In this document: positions 9,858 to 19,776 of the stretch, one piece after another
Layout: the number at the start of each line of letters is the position of its first letter
How positions within the stretch are numbered: the first letter of the stretch is position 1
Assembly: GCA_963701855.1 (NCBI GenBank)
Contig: CAVPBK010000003.1
Coordinates: 32,001 to 96,000, forward strand
Reading direction: 5' to 3'
DNA from: Nitrospirota bacterium
GTDB lineage: Bacteria; Nitrospirota; Nitrospiria; Nitrospirales; Nitrospiraceae
Length of the DNA: 64,000 nt
Position numbers and translations under genes: made by a program
Notes under the pieces: generated by a model
Database searches by the model: none
What the model was told of the DNA's origin: nothing
Seen by the model: the letters and a program-made list of their open reading frames with translations, nothing else

Positions 9858-11077
9858 TAGCGACCAGGCAGTTCTCATTGCGACCGGAATCGGAGCTCTT
9901 GGTCTGGTGTGCCCGTACGGTCGTGACCGATGAGCTCAAGGTCCGTATCCAGCAGAGAGTGCAAGAGCCGCTTGACTGGGAATATGTCCTCAACCTGGCT
10001 CAATATCATGGTGTGGGCCCCCTGTTGTATCGGAATCTGTCCACACTTTGTTCCGATCTCGTGCCTGCCGAATCGTTGACTCAGTTACGCCAGAGGACAC
10101 AAGCCGGTGCCTTGCTCAACCGGTTGCTCGTCCAGGAACTCGTCGTCTTATGCGACGCGTTTGTCGCGCAGGGAGTGCCGGTCATGCCCATTAAAGGGGC
10201 GACCCTGGCGTCCTCAGTCTATGGCGATCTGACGCTTCGCGACTTTAGCGACATGGACCTGCTCATTCCCAAAGGCTCCATTGCAGAAGCGCACGCCATC
10301 TTGTTGGCGCGGGGCTATGAGAGGAAAGACCCTTCTTCTGATCCTGGTGAGAGGGACCATGAGGATGGGCCTTACCATGTGTTTATCAAGAAGCGCACGC
10401 TCTTTCGTGTCGATCTCCAGTGGGTGATGGCAGGTGAGCACTTTGCGTTTCAGTTGGATCGTCCCGAGTTCTGGCAGCGCCGAACGGCTGTTCCGCTTGC
10501 GAACAAGACGGTACAAGGACTGACCCCGGAAGATCTATTGATCGTCCTGTGTGTCCATGGGTCGAAGCATGCATGGGACTCGCTCAAATGGGTATGCGAT
10601 GTCGCCGAGCTGCTTCGTGCACACAACCAACTGGACTGGGATCGGATCTCCTCGAGCGCATCGAGGTGGCGCTGCCGACGCCTGCTGTCTATGGGGTTGT
10701 CGCTCGCACATCTGGTGTTGGATGCCCCACTACCCAAGACGGTTCGCGCGCGGCTCTCCGCCGACTCAGATGTGCAGATGCTGTCCCACCGTATGCCATT
10801 CACTCTCCTGGCAGATCGTCGTGCCGGCGTGAATGAGGCACAGGCAGTTGCGCTCTATTTCACGTTGAAAGATTCGTGGTGGGAGCGTTGGCGGTTTGGC
10901 CTGATGCTGTGTCGTGACCAGAGTCCTATGGTCACAACCCCTCCAGCCTGGTTTCGCTGGCGCATCTCCCTTCCGCGTCTTGCTCGGCTCGTTCTCCCCC
11001 TTCACCGGACCATGAGGAGTCTGTTTCCCTCCACGATTCGGGGCGCTATCAATCGTTGGGTCGAGCACGGTGGTTAG
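9854..11077 (+). CDS. Nucleotidyltransferase family protein (NTP_transf_5-like)
   Basis: PIKGATLASSVYGDLTLRDFSDMDLLI motif; CVHGSKHAW...LKWVCD; ATGA overlap with the kinase. Confidence 0.88.
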   Translation: MIATRQFSLRPESELLVWCARTVVTDELKVRIQQRVQEPLDWEYVLNLAQYHGVGPLLYRNLSTLCSDLVPAESLTQLRQRTQAGALLNRLLVQELVVLCDAFVAQGVPVMPIKGATLASSVYGDLTLRDFSDMDLLIPKGSIAEAHAILLARGYERKDPSSDPGERDHEDGPYHVFIKKRTLFRVDLQWVMAGEHFAFQLDRPEFWQRRTAVPLANKTVQGLTPEDLLIVLCVHGSKHAWDSLKWVCDVAELLRAHNQLDWDRISSSASRWRCRRLLSMGLSLAHLVLDAPLPKTVRARLSADSDVQMLSHRMPFTLLADRRAGVNEAQAVALYFTLKDSWWERWRFGLMLCRDQSPMVTTPPAWFRWRISLPRLARLVLPLHRTMRSLFPSTIRGAINRWVEHGG

Positions 11078-11353
11078 TCATCTTCTGGTTTGAACCTTCT
11101 GGGAAGCCCATCTGTCGAGTCCCACACAGAAAATGGTTCGGATCTGCTGCGTCACTCGCTATGGTCTGCATTGTCTTTAATTGCTCTGCCGAAGAAATTG
11201 GAAATACATCACGGCCGACAGCCATGCCTCGTGGGTCGCGACGGGAGGTTGGGCGCCTCCCATGGCGCACCAGGATTATCAGAGCGCGTGGTCTTGGATT
11301 TGGAAACGGCGGATGCTGGAATTCTCATTGAGGCTTGCTACACTGAACGCACT

Positions 11354-11824
11354 ATGATCCGATTCGTAAAAAAGTATTGGACCCTGCTGCGCGCAGGCCT
11401 GGTAGTGTCGTGGATTCGTCTCTTGTTGCGGGTCAAGAGTTTGCCACTGGTGCTGGACCGATTAAATCCTCGCTCGACAATGGAAAGACCCGACGAGGCA
11501 GTGATGGGGGATCTGGTCTGCTATGTAGATCGCTGGCTTCAACTGTTTCCCTATAACAAAAAGGGGAATTGCTTCCCACGGTCGCTGGCTCTCTATTGGT
11601 TCGCCAGGCGATTGGGGTATCCGGTTCTCTTTCATTGTGGTGTAAGAAAAGAAGCCTCGAATCTCGATGGCCATGCGTGGCTCACATTGGATGGCCAGCC
11701 TTTTCACGAGACGGGCCAGCATTGGCAACGGTTCACCGTTACCTTTTCGCATCCTCAGGATCCGACAGTTGGGACGCAGGCCTCTGCCCTCCGGCGTCAG
11801 AACAACAGGACGACGATGTCCTGA
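11354..11824 (+). CDS. Lasso peptide B2-type leader protease (transglutaminase-like)
   Basis: NCFPRSLAL...GVRK...GHAWL Cys/His motifs; ATG 11354 chosen over TTG 11090. Confidence 0.9.
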   Translation: MIRFVKKYWTLLRAGLVVSWIRLLLRVKSLPLVLDRLNPRSTMERPDEAVMGDLVCYVDRWLQLFPYNKKGNCFPRSLALYWFARRLGYPVLFHCGVRKEASNLDGHAWLTLDGQPFHETGQHWQRFTVTFSHPQDPTVGTQASALRRQNNRTTMS

Positions 11825-11839
11825 CGAGGCATTCATCAC

Positions 11840-13666
11840 GTGTTCCCGTCACCGATGAACATCATTCTGAATCGCATCCGCCCCTTCCTCCTGACGCTTC
11901 GCCACGCTCTCTTGTTTGTGTGGCAGAGCAGCCCGAGTCTGGCAATCGGCAGTATCGTGGTGCGCGTGATCCAAGGCCTTCTTCCGCTGGTGGCGCTGTA
12001 TCTGACGAAGTTGTTGATCGATGCCGTTGCCGAAGGGCTCAAGGCTCCATCAGCCGAAGGCTCCTTGAGCGGGATGGCCATGATTCTTGCTGGGTTGGCA
12101 GGTGTCGCGGTGGCCAGTGCCATGCTCACCGGCGTGGCCTCTCTGATTTCAAGGATTCATGCTCAAGTCGTCACGGATCATATGCACGCACTCCTTCAGG
12201 CAAAGTCCGTCGAGGTCGATCTTGAGTACTACGAGAATGCGCGCTATCAAGATACGCTCCATCGCGCACAAGAAGAAGCGCCTTATCGTCCGACGGCGAT
12301 TCTCAACGCCTTGCTCCAATTTGGCCAGGATGCCATTTCACTGTTTGCGATGGCAGCCATACTCTGGTGGTTGCATTGGGGGGTGATCCCGATCTTGATG
12401 CTGACGGCCATCCCGTACTTTTTCGTCCGTCTGCAGCAATCCAATCGACTGTTTGCCTGGGAGCGCGAGCGGACGCCGCTTGAGCGGAAAGCCTGGTACG
12501 TCAATATGCTGCTGACCCAAGCGATTGCAGCGAAAGAAATCCGGCTGTTCGACCTCGGCCCTCGGTTGCGGCAATGGTTCCAAGACGCGCGATCAGTGCT
12601 GCGTCGAGAACGGATCGCGTTAGAGCGCCGATGGGCGCTCGCGGGTTTTGCCGCGCAGATCATCGGCGTGGCCGGTGTGTTCGGGGTCTACAGTTTTGTG
12701 GCGTTCCGAACGTTTCAGGGGCTGCTCACCGTGGGCGACCTCGTCATGTTTTTCCAGGCGGTGCAGCGGGCCTCCGGATTCCTGGAGAGTTTGGGACAGA
12801 GTGTGTCCAGCCTCTATGAGAGCAATTTGTTCCTAACCACGTTGGATGAGTTTCTGGGTATTCAGTCTCGTTTGCCGAAGTCGGCACATCCGAAGTTGTT
12901 TCCCCAACCGATCGCGCAGGGGATTACATTCGATCATGTGTCCTTCCAATACCCGCATGAAGAACGTGTGGCGATCCAGGAGTTCACCTTTACGATCAGA
13001 CCCGGCGAACATGTCGCGTTTGTCGGAGCCAATGGGGCGGGGAAGACGACGCTGGTGAAGCTCCTATGCCGTCTGTACGATCCGTCGGGGGGGCGCATCA
13101 CGGTCGATGGTGAAGATCTTCGGAACTATCCCCTTGCCGATGTCCGTGGCGCCGTCAGCGGAATTTTTCAGGACTTTGTGAAGTTCCAGTTTTCGGCCAA
13201 GGACAACATCTCGTTGGGCCTGAGATCCCCCGACATCGACCTTTCCGCCGTCACGCAGGCGGCCAAACAGGCTGGGATCCATGAGGCCATCGAGCGTTTG
13301 CCGAAGGGGTACGAGTCATTGCTCGGCAAGCTGTTCGACGGCGGGCATGAACTGAGCATCGGGGAATGGCAAAAAGTGGCGCTCGCCAGGGCCATCCTTC
13401 GCGATTCTCAGATCCTGATTCTCGACGAGCCTACCAGCGCGATGGATGCCAAGGCCGAAGCGGAATTGTTCGAGCGGTTTCACGAACTCACTCAAGGGCG
13501 TATGGCGATTTTGATCAGTCATCGACTGGCTACTGTCAAAATGGCCGACTGTATTTTTGTCCTCGATCACGGCCAAATTGTGGAACGGGGAACCCATGAT
13601 GAGTTGATGCGACGGCAGGGGCTCTACGCCACGCTTTTCCTCACCCAAGCCCAGCATTATCAGTAG
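11840..13666 (+). CDS. ABC exporter, fused permease/ATPase
   Basis: TM helices, Walker A GANGAGKTT, signature LSIGEWQK, ILDEPT, ISHR. Confidence 0.95.
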   Translation: MFPSPMNIILNRIRPFLLTLRHALLFVWQSSPSLAIGSIVVRVIQGLLPLVALYLTKLLIDAVAEGLKAPSAEGSLSGMAMILAGLAGVAVASAMLTGVASLISRIHAQVVTDHMHALLQAKSVEVDLEYYENARYQDTLHRAQEEAPYRPTAILNALLQFGQDAISLFAMAAILWWLHWGVIPILMLTAIPYFFVRLQQSNRLFAWERERTPLERKAWYVNMLLTQAIAAKEIRLFDLGPRLRQWFQDARSVLRRERIALERRWALAGFAAQIIGVAGVFGVYSFVAFRTFQGLLTVGDLVMFFQAVQRASGFLESLGQSVSSLYESNLFLTTLDEFLGIQSRLPKSAHPKLFPQPIAQGITFDHVSFQYPHEERVAIQEFTFTIRPGEHVAFVGANGAGKTTLVKLLCRLYDPSGGRITVDGEDLRNYPLADVRGAVSGIFQDFVKFQFSAKDNISLGLRSPDIDLSAVTQAAKQAGIHEAIERLPKGYESLLGKLFDGGHELSIGEWQKVALARAILRDSQILILDEPTSAMDAKAEAELFERFHELTQGRMAILISHRLATVKMADCIFVLDHGQIVERGTHDELMRRQGLYATLFLTQAQHYQ

Positions 13667-13876
13667 TCGAGGTCTTGTGAATAGCTGGGCGCATTCACAA
13701 ACCATGTGTAACATTTATGGGAGAAAATGCTGCATGGGAAAAATCTACACACAGTTGAGTTTTCAAGAACCGACGATCATCCATAGGCAAATGGAGGTAT
13801 GCCTCGAATTCACTCAACTCCGTTGACGGAAACGCGACATTCTGCCATTCTAATCGAAACTTAACGGAGAGGCTTT

Positions 13877-15178
13877 ATGGCTCAAAAGAAAGAGACCGGA
13901 CGAAAGGTTGCGCTTGTTGGACTTGGTTATGTGGGGCTTCCTATCGCCGTTGCCTTCGGCAAGCGGGGAAAGGTCATCGGGTTCGATATCAACAAAGCAA
14001 AGATTGCAGAACTGCAGAGGGGCGTTGACCGAACGGGGGAAGTGTCGGCGGCCGACCTCAAAGTCGCTGATGTACAGTATACTTCGGAGCCTACCGACCT
14101 CAAGGCCGCCGACTTTATCATTGTGGCTGTTCCAACTCCGATCAATGAAGCGCTCCAGCCGGATCTCAAGGCGCTACGAATTGTCTCGGAATTGATCGGT
14201 AAAAACATGTCCCCTGGTACGATCGTTGTCTATGAGTCTACGGTGTACCCTGGAGTGACAGAGGATGTTTGTCTCCCTATTCTGGAAAAGACTTCCGGCC
14301 TCAAATCAGGCATTGACTTCAAGGTTGGATATTCACCGGAGCGCATCAATCCAGGGGACAAGGAGCATACTCTCGAGAAGATCGTCAAAGTCGTTTCGGC
14401 TCAAGATGCAGAGTCGCTTGAAGTCGTCGCGAATACCTATTCACTCGTCGTGAAGGCCGGGGTCCATCGGGCTTCAAGCATTAAGGTTGCGGAAGCAGCC
14501 AAGGTGATTGAGAACACGCAGCGCGATCTGAACATTGCATTGATGAACGAGCTGGCTCTCATTTTCCATCGTCTCGGAATCGATACCAAGTCGGTCTTAG
14601 ACGCTGCCGGGACGAAGTGGAACTTTCTGAAGTTTTTCCCAGGATTAGTCGGCGGACATTGTATTGGTGTGGACCCATATTATCTGACCGCTAAGGCTGA
14701 ATCGGTCGGCTATCACCCGCAAGTGATTCTGGCTGGTCGGCGCATCAATAACGGGATGGGAAAGTTCGTTGCAGAGCAAACGATAAAGCTGCTCGGTCAA
14801 CTTCCCCGGCCAGCCAACGAACTCAAGGTGGCAGTCTTAGGACTCACGTTTAAGGAAAATGTGCCGGATCTGCGCAACAGCAAAGTGCTCGATATTATCC
14901 AGGAGTTGCGTGAGTATGGGGTTCAAGTGTTGGTGCATGATCCGATCGCAGAACCGGAAGAGGCGGTCGCTGAATACGGAATTCATCTGCAGCAGTGGAA
15001 CGATCTGAAGAACGTCGATGGGATGGTTATTGCGGTGGCCCACCGCTCGTATGCGGAGATGGGCCTGCAGGAATTGCTCAAACCTCTCCGCAGTCAGCGG
15101 GAGGGCGTGGTTATTGATGTGAAATGTCTGCTTGATCAGGCGAAACTGCCCAAGACGCTCAAGTACTGGCGTTTATAA
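13877..15178 (+). CDS. Nucleotide-sugar dehydrogenase (UDP-GlcNAc/GalNAc 6-dehydrogenase, WbpO/TviB-like)
   Basis: GLGYVGLP, YESTVYPG, SPERINPGD, GLVGGHCIGVDPYYL, GLTFKENVPDLRNS. Confidence 0.95.
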   Translation: MAQKKETGRKVALVGLGYVGLPIAVAFGKRGKVIGFDINKAKIAELQRGVDRTGEVSAADLKVADVQYTSEPTDLKAADFIIVAVPTPINEALQPDLKALRIVSELIGKNMSPGTIVVYESTVYPGVTEDVCLPILEKTSGLKSGIDFKVGYSPERINPGDKEHTLEKIVKVVSAQDAESLEVVANTYSLVVKAGVHRASSIKVAEAAKVIENTQRDLNIALMNELALIFHRLGIDTKSVLDAAGTKWNFLKFFPGLVGGHCIGVDPYYLTAKAESVGYHPQVILAGRRINNGMGKFVAEQTIKLLGQLPRPANELKVAVLGLTFKENVPDLRNSKVLDIIQELREYGVQVLVHDPIAEPEEAVAEYGIHLQQWNDLKNVDGMVIAVAHRSYAEMGLQELLKPLRSQREGVVIDVKCLLDQAKLPKTLKYWRL

Positions 15179-15446
15179 GAGGCAGCAAGCCGCTGTGTTC
15201 TTCATTCTGCACCAGCACCTTTCCACGTAGTCTAATACGTATGGAGTGGCGGGAAGCCGGCATGCTCACACCGGGAACTTCCCTGTAGTACGTAGCAGAC
15301 AGATCACCCATCTTTCACTGTCAGCAGAGTTTTTGATTCTCATTGCCCCACTCTAAAGAGGCTGCTATAGATTGCTTGTGGCACGGAAATTCCAGGTAGT
15401 TTCCCTGGTTTCCTTTTTTGGCGTTGGCCTTCTTATTGTGTGACCA

Positions 15447-17804
15447 ATGAATAGTCCGGGCAATAGCATCGTAAGACATACCGCAGCGGGGGCGTGCTGT
15501 GCCATTGTGGCAATGGCATTTCTCGCCGGCTGCGCGTATTTCAATTCACCTGACATCAAGCGTGGGGATCAACATCTCGCAGCGGGTAATTGGGAGGAGG
15601 CGAGTCTCGCCTATAAGAACGCACTGAAGGATGATCCCTTCAGCCCAACATTACAGAGCAAATACACCATGGCTCGAGAACGAGCTGCGGCGTCGTATGA
15701 GGAGCGAGGACGGGCGTATCTCAAAGAACGTCAGCCGGACCTCGCAGCGGAACAGTTTAAGCGGGCACTCACCATCGAACCGTCCAGTCTCGATCATCAA
15801 TCGGGGTTGCTTGAAGCGCTTCGCTTGACTGATGCGCGCGGCCGGAATCGAGAGGCAGCCCGCCTCGCCCAGCTCGGTCGGATCGACGAGGCCATGGAAG
15901 CCTATGCCAGAGCGGCTGAGCTGGATCCTTCATTCAAAGAACCCCTTGAGAGTATCTCCAAACTCACTGAGGAGCAGCAGGCGTTCAACCGTGACGATCG
16001 GCGGAAGCAGCCGGTGACACTTAAGTTCCGTAATGCCGGACTCAAAGAAGTCTTGGAAGGGATTGGAAAGGCCGGAGGGATCAACCTCATATTCGACAAG
16101 GACGTCAGAAATGACCCCGTGACCATCAGCGTTCAGGACACGCCATTCCAAGAAGCCTTCAATCTCATTCTCAACAGCAATAGCCTGTTCGCCCAAACCG
16201 TATCTCCGGACGTCATGATCGTCAGCCCTAATACCAAGCAGAAGCAGGAGCAATATCAAGATCTGATGATTCGGACGTTCTACTTGTCCAATGCCAAAGC
16301 GAAGGACATGCTGGTATTGCTGAAGAGCATGCTCGATTCAAAGCGGATGCATGCCAATGAACAACTGAACACGATTATCATCCGGGACCAACCGGAAAAA
16401 CTGGAGATGGCTGAAAAGATCATCTTGGCCAATGACCGCCTGGACTCCGAAGTTCTTTTTGATGTTGAGGTTCTCGAAGTCGATCGCACGACCAACCAGA
16501 CCTATGGTCTGACCTATCCTAAGCAAATCGCAGCCGCCATGGTACCTCCGGGGTTTACGGCACCAATCAGCGGAGATTTCTCACCGACGTTCACGCTTCG
16601 TCAGCTCACCAGCCTCGGTCAGGACAGTTATCTCTTTAAACTTCCAACCAACATCCAGCTGGATTTCTTTAAAACGATCACCGATGCCAAGACCCTTGCC
16701 AACCCGAAAGTTCGCGTGGTGAACAACAAGAAAGCGGAGATTAACGTCGGGGACAAGCAGCCGATCCTGCTTTCCACAACGAATGTCTTGCCAGGTCAAG
16801 CGGCAACAGGGGCAGTTCCGACGACCTCGACGGTAACCTCGATCGAATTCCGCGACACCGGAGTCAAATTAACCGTTGAGCCTTCCATCCATCTGGGGAA
16901 TGAACTGTCTCTGAAGATGAAGATTGAAGTCATTAGTCTTGGCGATCGAGTTGTGCTCCAAGCCAGTCCCCTCATTTCCCAGTTTAAGTTCGGCAATCGG
17001 TCGGCGGAAACCCAGCTCAATGTTAGAGATGGTGAAACCATTGTGTTGGGAGGGCTGATCCAGGAAGAGGATCGCAAAACCCGCACCACCATCCCCTGGA
17101 TCGGTGATCTTCCTTTTATTGGCAATCTATTAAGTTCCTTTATAACCAGCAGGGTCACTACTGAGGTGATCCTGACGATCACGCCACACATCATTCCAGA
17201 TAGGACTCCTCCCGGGCTCAGTAAGCAGGTGTTCTGGTCCGGGACGGATTCAACCTATGCCACGAGCCCGCTGTTTACGCCACAGGGGAAGAAGGCTTCC
17301 TTGATGGGAAGTGGACCCGTTTCAGGGTTCTCATTGTTGGGCGAAACGGCAAAAGGGGGACTGGCAGGGAAGCCAGCTGCAGCGTCACTCACTCCCTTGA
17401 ATTCGGTAGGCGCGGTCGCCTCGATCAGGCCAAACGAGTCGGTGATCCAAATGGGAAAAGAATTTAAGCTTGCCATCAATGACGAACGTCTTCGTCCCAC
17501 GGCGGAAGGCGTATTTCAACTTCAGTATGATCCACAGGTGCTGGAACTCAGAACACTCCTGAATGGTGAGGTTATCCAAGACGGCACAGGCGATCAGACG
17601 TCTCGCAGTCCAGAGACGCAAGCGGGGACGGTTGCTTTTAAAGTCGCACCATCAGCAAGACAGGCAGGCGGGCGGACCGTCACGGCCACCTTCTATGCCA
17701 AGGCGTCCGGTGTGTCTCCTGTGCGTGTGGCGTTGGTGGATTCCGCCGCGGGATCATCCACGGCACTGTCCCAAGAAGGAAAAGGTATCGTGAGGGTCCG
17801 GTGA
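15447..17804 (+). CDS. gspD: Secretin (GspD/PilQ family) lipoprotein with N-terminal TPRs and a C-terminal cohesin-like domain
   Basis: Lipobox LAGC; AKTLANPKVRV, DTGVKLTVEP, GETIVLGGLI, IPWIGDLPFIGNL, LTITPHII. Confidence 0.9.
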   Translation: MNSPGNSIVRHTAAGACCAIVAMAFLAGCAYFNSPDIKRGDQHLAAGNWEEASLAYKNALKDDPFSPTLQSKYTMARERAAASYEERGRAYLKERQPDLAAEQFKRALTIEPSSLDHQSGLLEALRLTDARGRNREAARLAQLGRIDEAMEAYARAAELDPSFKEPLESISKLTEEQQAFNRDDRRKQPVTLKFRNAGLKEVLEGIGKAGGINLIFDKDVRNDPVTISVQDTPFQEAFNLILNSNSLFAQTVSPDVMIVSPNTKQKQEQYQDLMIRTFYLSNAKAKDMLVLLKSMLDSKRMHANEQLNTIIIRDQPEKLEMAEKIILANDRLDSEVLFDVEVLEVDRTTNQTYGLTYPKQIAAAMVPPGFTAPISGDFSPTFTLRQLTSLGQDSYLFKLPTNIQLDFFKTITDAKTLANPKVRVVNNKKAEINVGDKQPILLSTTNVLPGQAATGAVPTTSTVTSIEFRDTGVKLTVEPSIHLGNELSLKMKIEVISLGDRVVLQASPLISQFKFGNRSAETQLNVRDGETIVLGGLIQEEDRKTRTTIPWIGDLPFIGNLLSSFITSRVTTEVILTITPHIIPDRTPPGLSKQVFWSGTDSTYATSPLFTPQGKKASLMGSGPVSGFSLLGETAKGGLAGKPAAASLTPLNSVGAVASIRPNESVIQMGKEFKLAINDERLRPTAEGVFQLQYDPQVLELRTLLNGEVIQDGTGDQTSRSPETQAGTVAFKVAPSARQAGGRTVTATFYAKASGVSPVRVALVDSAAGSSTALSQEGKGIVRVR

Positions 17805-18307
17805 AAGAATCGGGCGTGACTCTTTTGGAACTCCTGATCACGCTGACCATTGTGATGGTGCTCGCCTCTGTGGCTATGCCGCTCAGCCGTCTGTCAGTGA
17901 AACGGACTCACGAAATAGAACTGCGGCAGCATTTGAGGATCATGAGGGCTGCCATCGACACCTTTAAGCTGGAGTGGAACCGTGATGGCGACGTCTTATT
18001 GGGGGCGGCATGTGTAAAAAATAAGCTCACGTGCAAAGACGTGACGAGTGTGTACGGATATCCGAAGTCGCTGGATAGACTGTTGGGGATCAAGCTCACC
18101 AGTGAAGAGGCGACGATTAGGGGCACGACGACGAAGCGCTATTTAAGAAATCTTCCCCTCGATCCCTTGACCGGCAAGGCCGATTGGTTGTTCCGATGTT
18201 ATAAAGATGCGCCGAACGCATCGAGTTGGTGTGGGGACGACGTGTACGACGTGATGACTCAAAGTCAGGACATAGCACTAGATGGCACAAAGTATCGAGA
18301 TTGGTAA
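17801..18307 (+). CDS. Pseudopilin (type II secretion protein G-like)
   Basis: Prepilin motif GVTLLELLI; YPKSLD, YLRNLPLDP. Confidence 0.9.
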   Translation: MKESGVTLLELLITLTIVMVLASVAMPLSRLSVKRTHEIELRQHLRIMRAAIDTFKLEWNRDGDVLLGAACVKNKLTCKDVTSVYGYPKSLDRLLGIKLTSEEATIRGTTTKRYLRNLPLDPLTGKADWLFRCYKDAPNASSWCGDDVYDVMTQSQDIALDGTKYRDW

Positions 18308-18683
18308 GAGTGGAGTACGGGGCACAAATGGTTTCACCTTGCTGGAACTGATGATCGTCGTGTCGATCATCGGTATTCTCGCCACCCTGGCGGTGCCCTC
18401 GTACCAATCATCGGTTGTGAAGGCCAAAGAGGCTGCCTTGCGTCAGGATCTCTCCACACTGCGCGATGTGCTGGATCAGCACAAGGCAGACCAGGGAAAG
18501 TATCCTCCGTCTCTATCGGCATTGGTGGGCACCGGGTATCTGCGGGGGATCCCAAAAGATCCCTTCACCGGTACAACGACCACGTGGCAAGAGATTACTG
18601 ATCCTGTTGAGAAAGGCGTGGTCGACGTCTTTTCAGGGGCCGAGTTTGTTGGGACGGATGGCACTCCGTATAATCGTTGGTAA
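18282..18683 (+). CDS. Pseudopilin (GspG-like)
   Basis: GFTLLELMIV; GKYPPSL...YLRGIPKDP. Confidence 0.92.
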   Translation: MAQSIEIGKSGVRGTNGFTLLELMIVVSIIGILATLAVPSYQSSVVKAKEAALRQDLSTLRDVLDQHKADQGKYPPSLSALVGTGYLRGIPKDPFTGTTTTWQEITDPVEKGVVDVFSGAEFVGTDGTPYNRW

Positions 18684-19558
18684 GAATGCCCATGCTCAAT
18701 CGTCATTGCAGATTGCTCCAGGCTTCAGTTGAAACAATACGTGCCTGTTATCCGACTGTGCGAGTTGGAGTTCTCTGTGCGGTCGGCTTCGCCTCAGCCT
18801 TGTTTGCGGGATGTGGCGAACTTGAGCCGATGCGTGAGCCGGAGGTCGTGGATCTTGAGTTGACTACAGACACGTTAAAAGCGTCAGTGCGCGATGCTCA
18901 GCGGACAGTGGTGGAGTTGCGGGCTGATCTTGAGACGCGGCGCATGGAATTGGGAGAAGCTCAGGTCGCTCGGGCGCAGCTTGAAGGACGGGTTAGAGAG
19001 GCGGAACGGCGGGTTATCGAAGCACGGCAGGTGATCGAACTGCAACGGGAAGAATTGGCCGCGGCTCGGACAGAACGGGAGCGTGTGTCCCGAAGTAGTC
19101 TTCAATTGCAGGGCCAGATGAAGCGGCTCCAGAAGCAGCTTGCAAAAGCGGGGATATCGGTCCCTGCTCATGACGGGCAGGAGGCGGCTCCACTATCTTC
19201 CAGCGGAGCGATGCACAAGGGCCAGAAGGCGATGCCGGTTTCCACACAGCGAAATGAGCCCTCAGAGCTTCCGGAGCCGTCTCAGACGGTGGCGACCCAG
19301 GCAGCTAAGAAGCCGGTGCCGGCCAACAGCGAGCCCTCGCCAGAGGTTGAGCAGCAGAGGACTCCAACAAAATATGTTTCCGTGAAACCCGGTGATACGC
19401 TCTGGAGGATTGCGCAGAAATATCGCGTCGATGTGGAAGATCTTCGGACACTCAATCTATTGACCGACAACAGGATTGTCATTGGCCAGGCCCTGTGGTT
19501 ACCAGATGATCGGACCGTGTCCAGAGTCGGTGCCGACAAGGGCGCGTCGATTCCGTAA
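18677..19558 (+). CDS. Coiled-coil lipoprotein with a C-terminal LysM domain
   Basis: LFAGC lipobox, heptad-rich middle, VKPGDTLWRIAQKY...LNLL...IVIGQAL. Confidence 0.88.
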   Translation: MVRMPMLNRHCRLLQASVETIRACYPTVRVGVLCAVGFASALFAGCGELEPMREPEVVDLELTTDTLKASVRDAQRTVVELRADLETRRMELGEAQVARAQLEGRVREAERRVIEARQVIELQREELAAARTERERVSRSSLQLQGQMKRLQKQLAKAGISVPAHDGQEAAPLSSSGAMHKGQKAMPVSTQRNEPSELPEPSQTVATQAAKKPVPANSEPSPEVEQQRTPTKYVSVKPGDTLWRIAQKYRVDVEDLRTLNLLTDNRIVIGQALWLPDDRTVSRVGADKGASIP

Positions 19559-19595
19559 GATTCCTGTTATCCGTCTGAAATTCCGTGCACGTCTG

Positions 19596-19774
19596 TAACT
19601 ACTCAGGTGGATAGGCTGAAGACTGAAGGCTTTTAGTATTCAGCCTTCAGCCTGCTATTGAAGGATTCATCTCTGCTTGAACCCAAGGTCGTAGAAACCG
19701 AGAAGGCTTTGAATGGCTTGATTCGTGCCTTGCGAGATAATTTATAGCCTTCAGCCTGAACACCTGAGTAGTTA
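19596..19774. mobile_element. MITE-like element with 14-bp perfect TIR and (G/A)CTGAAG heptamer repeats; carries the 3' end of a four-helix-bundle gene
   Basis: TAACTACTCAGGTG...CACCTGAGTAGTTA; interior reads DSSLLEPKVVETEKALNGLIRALRDNL*. Confidence 0.75.
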
Positions 19775-19776
19775 TC

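Noticed and set aside
11090..11353. N-terminal extension of the B2 protease ORF
   Set aside because: TTG start with no family-like sequence; the domain begins at ATG 11354
15379..15394. Sigma54-like promoter TGGCACGGAAATTCCA before the secretin
   Set aside because: The -12 element reads TTCC rather than TTGC, so it is not supportable
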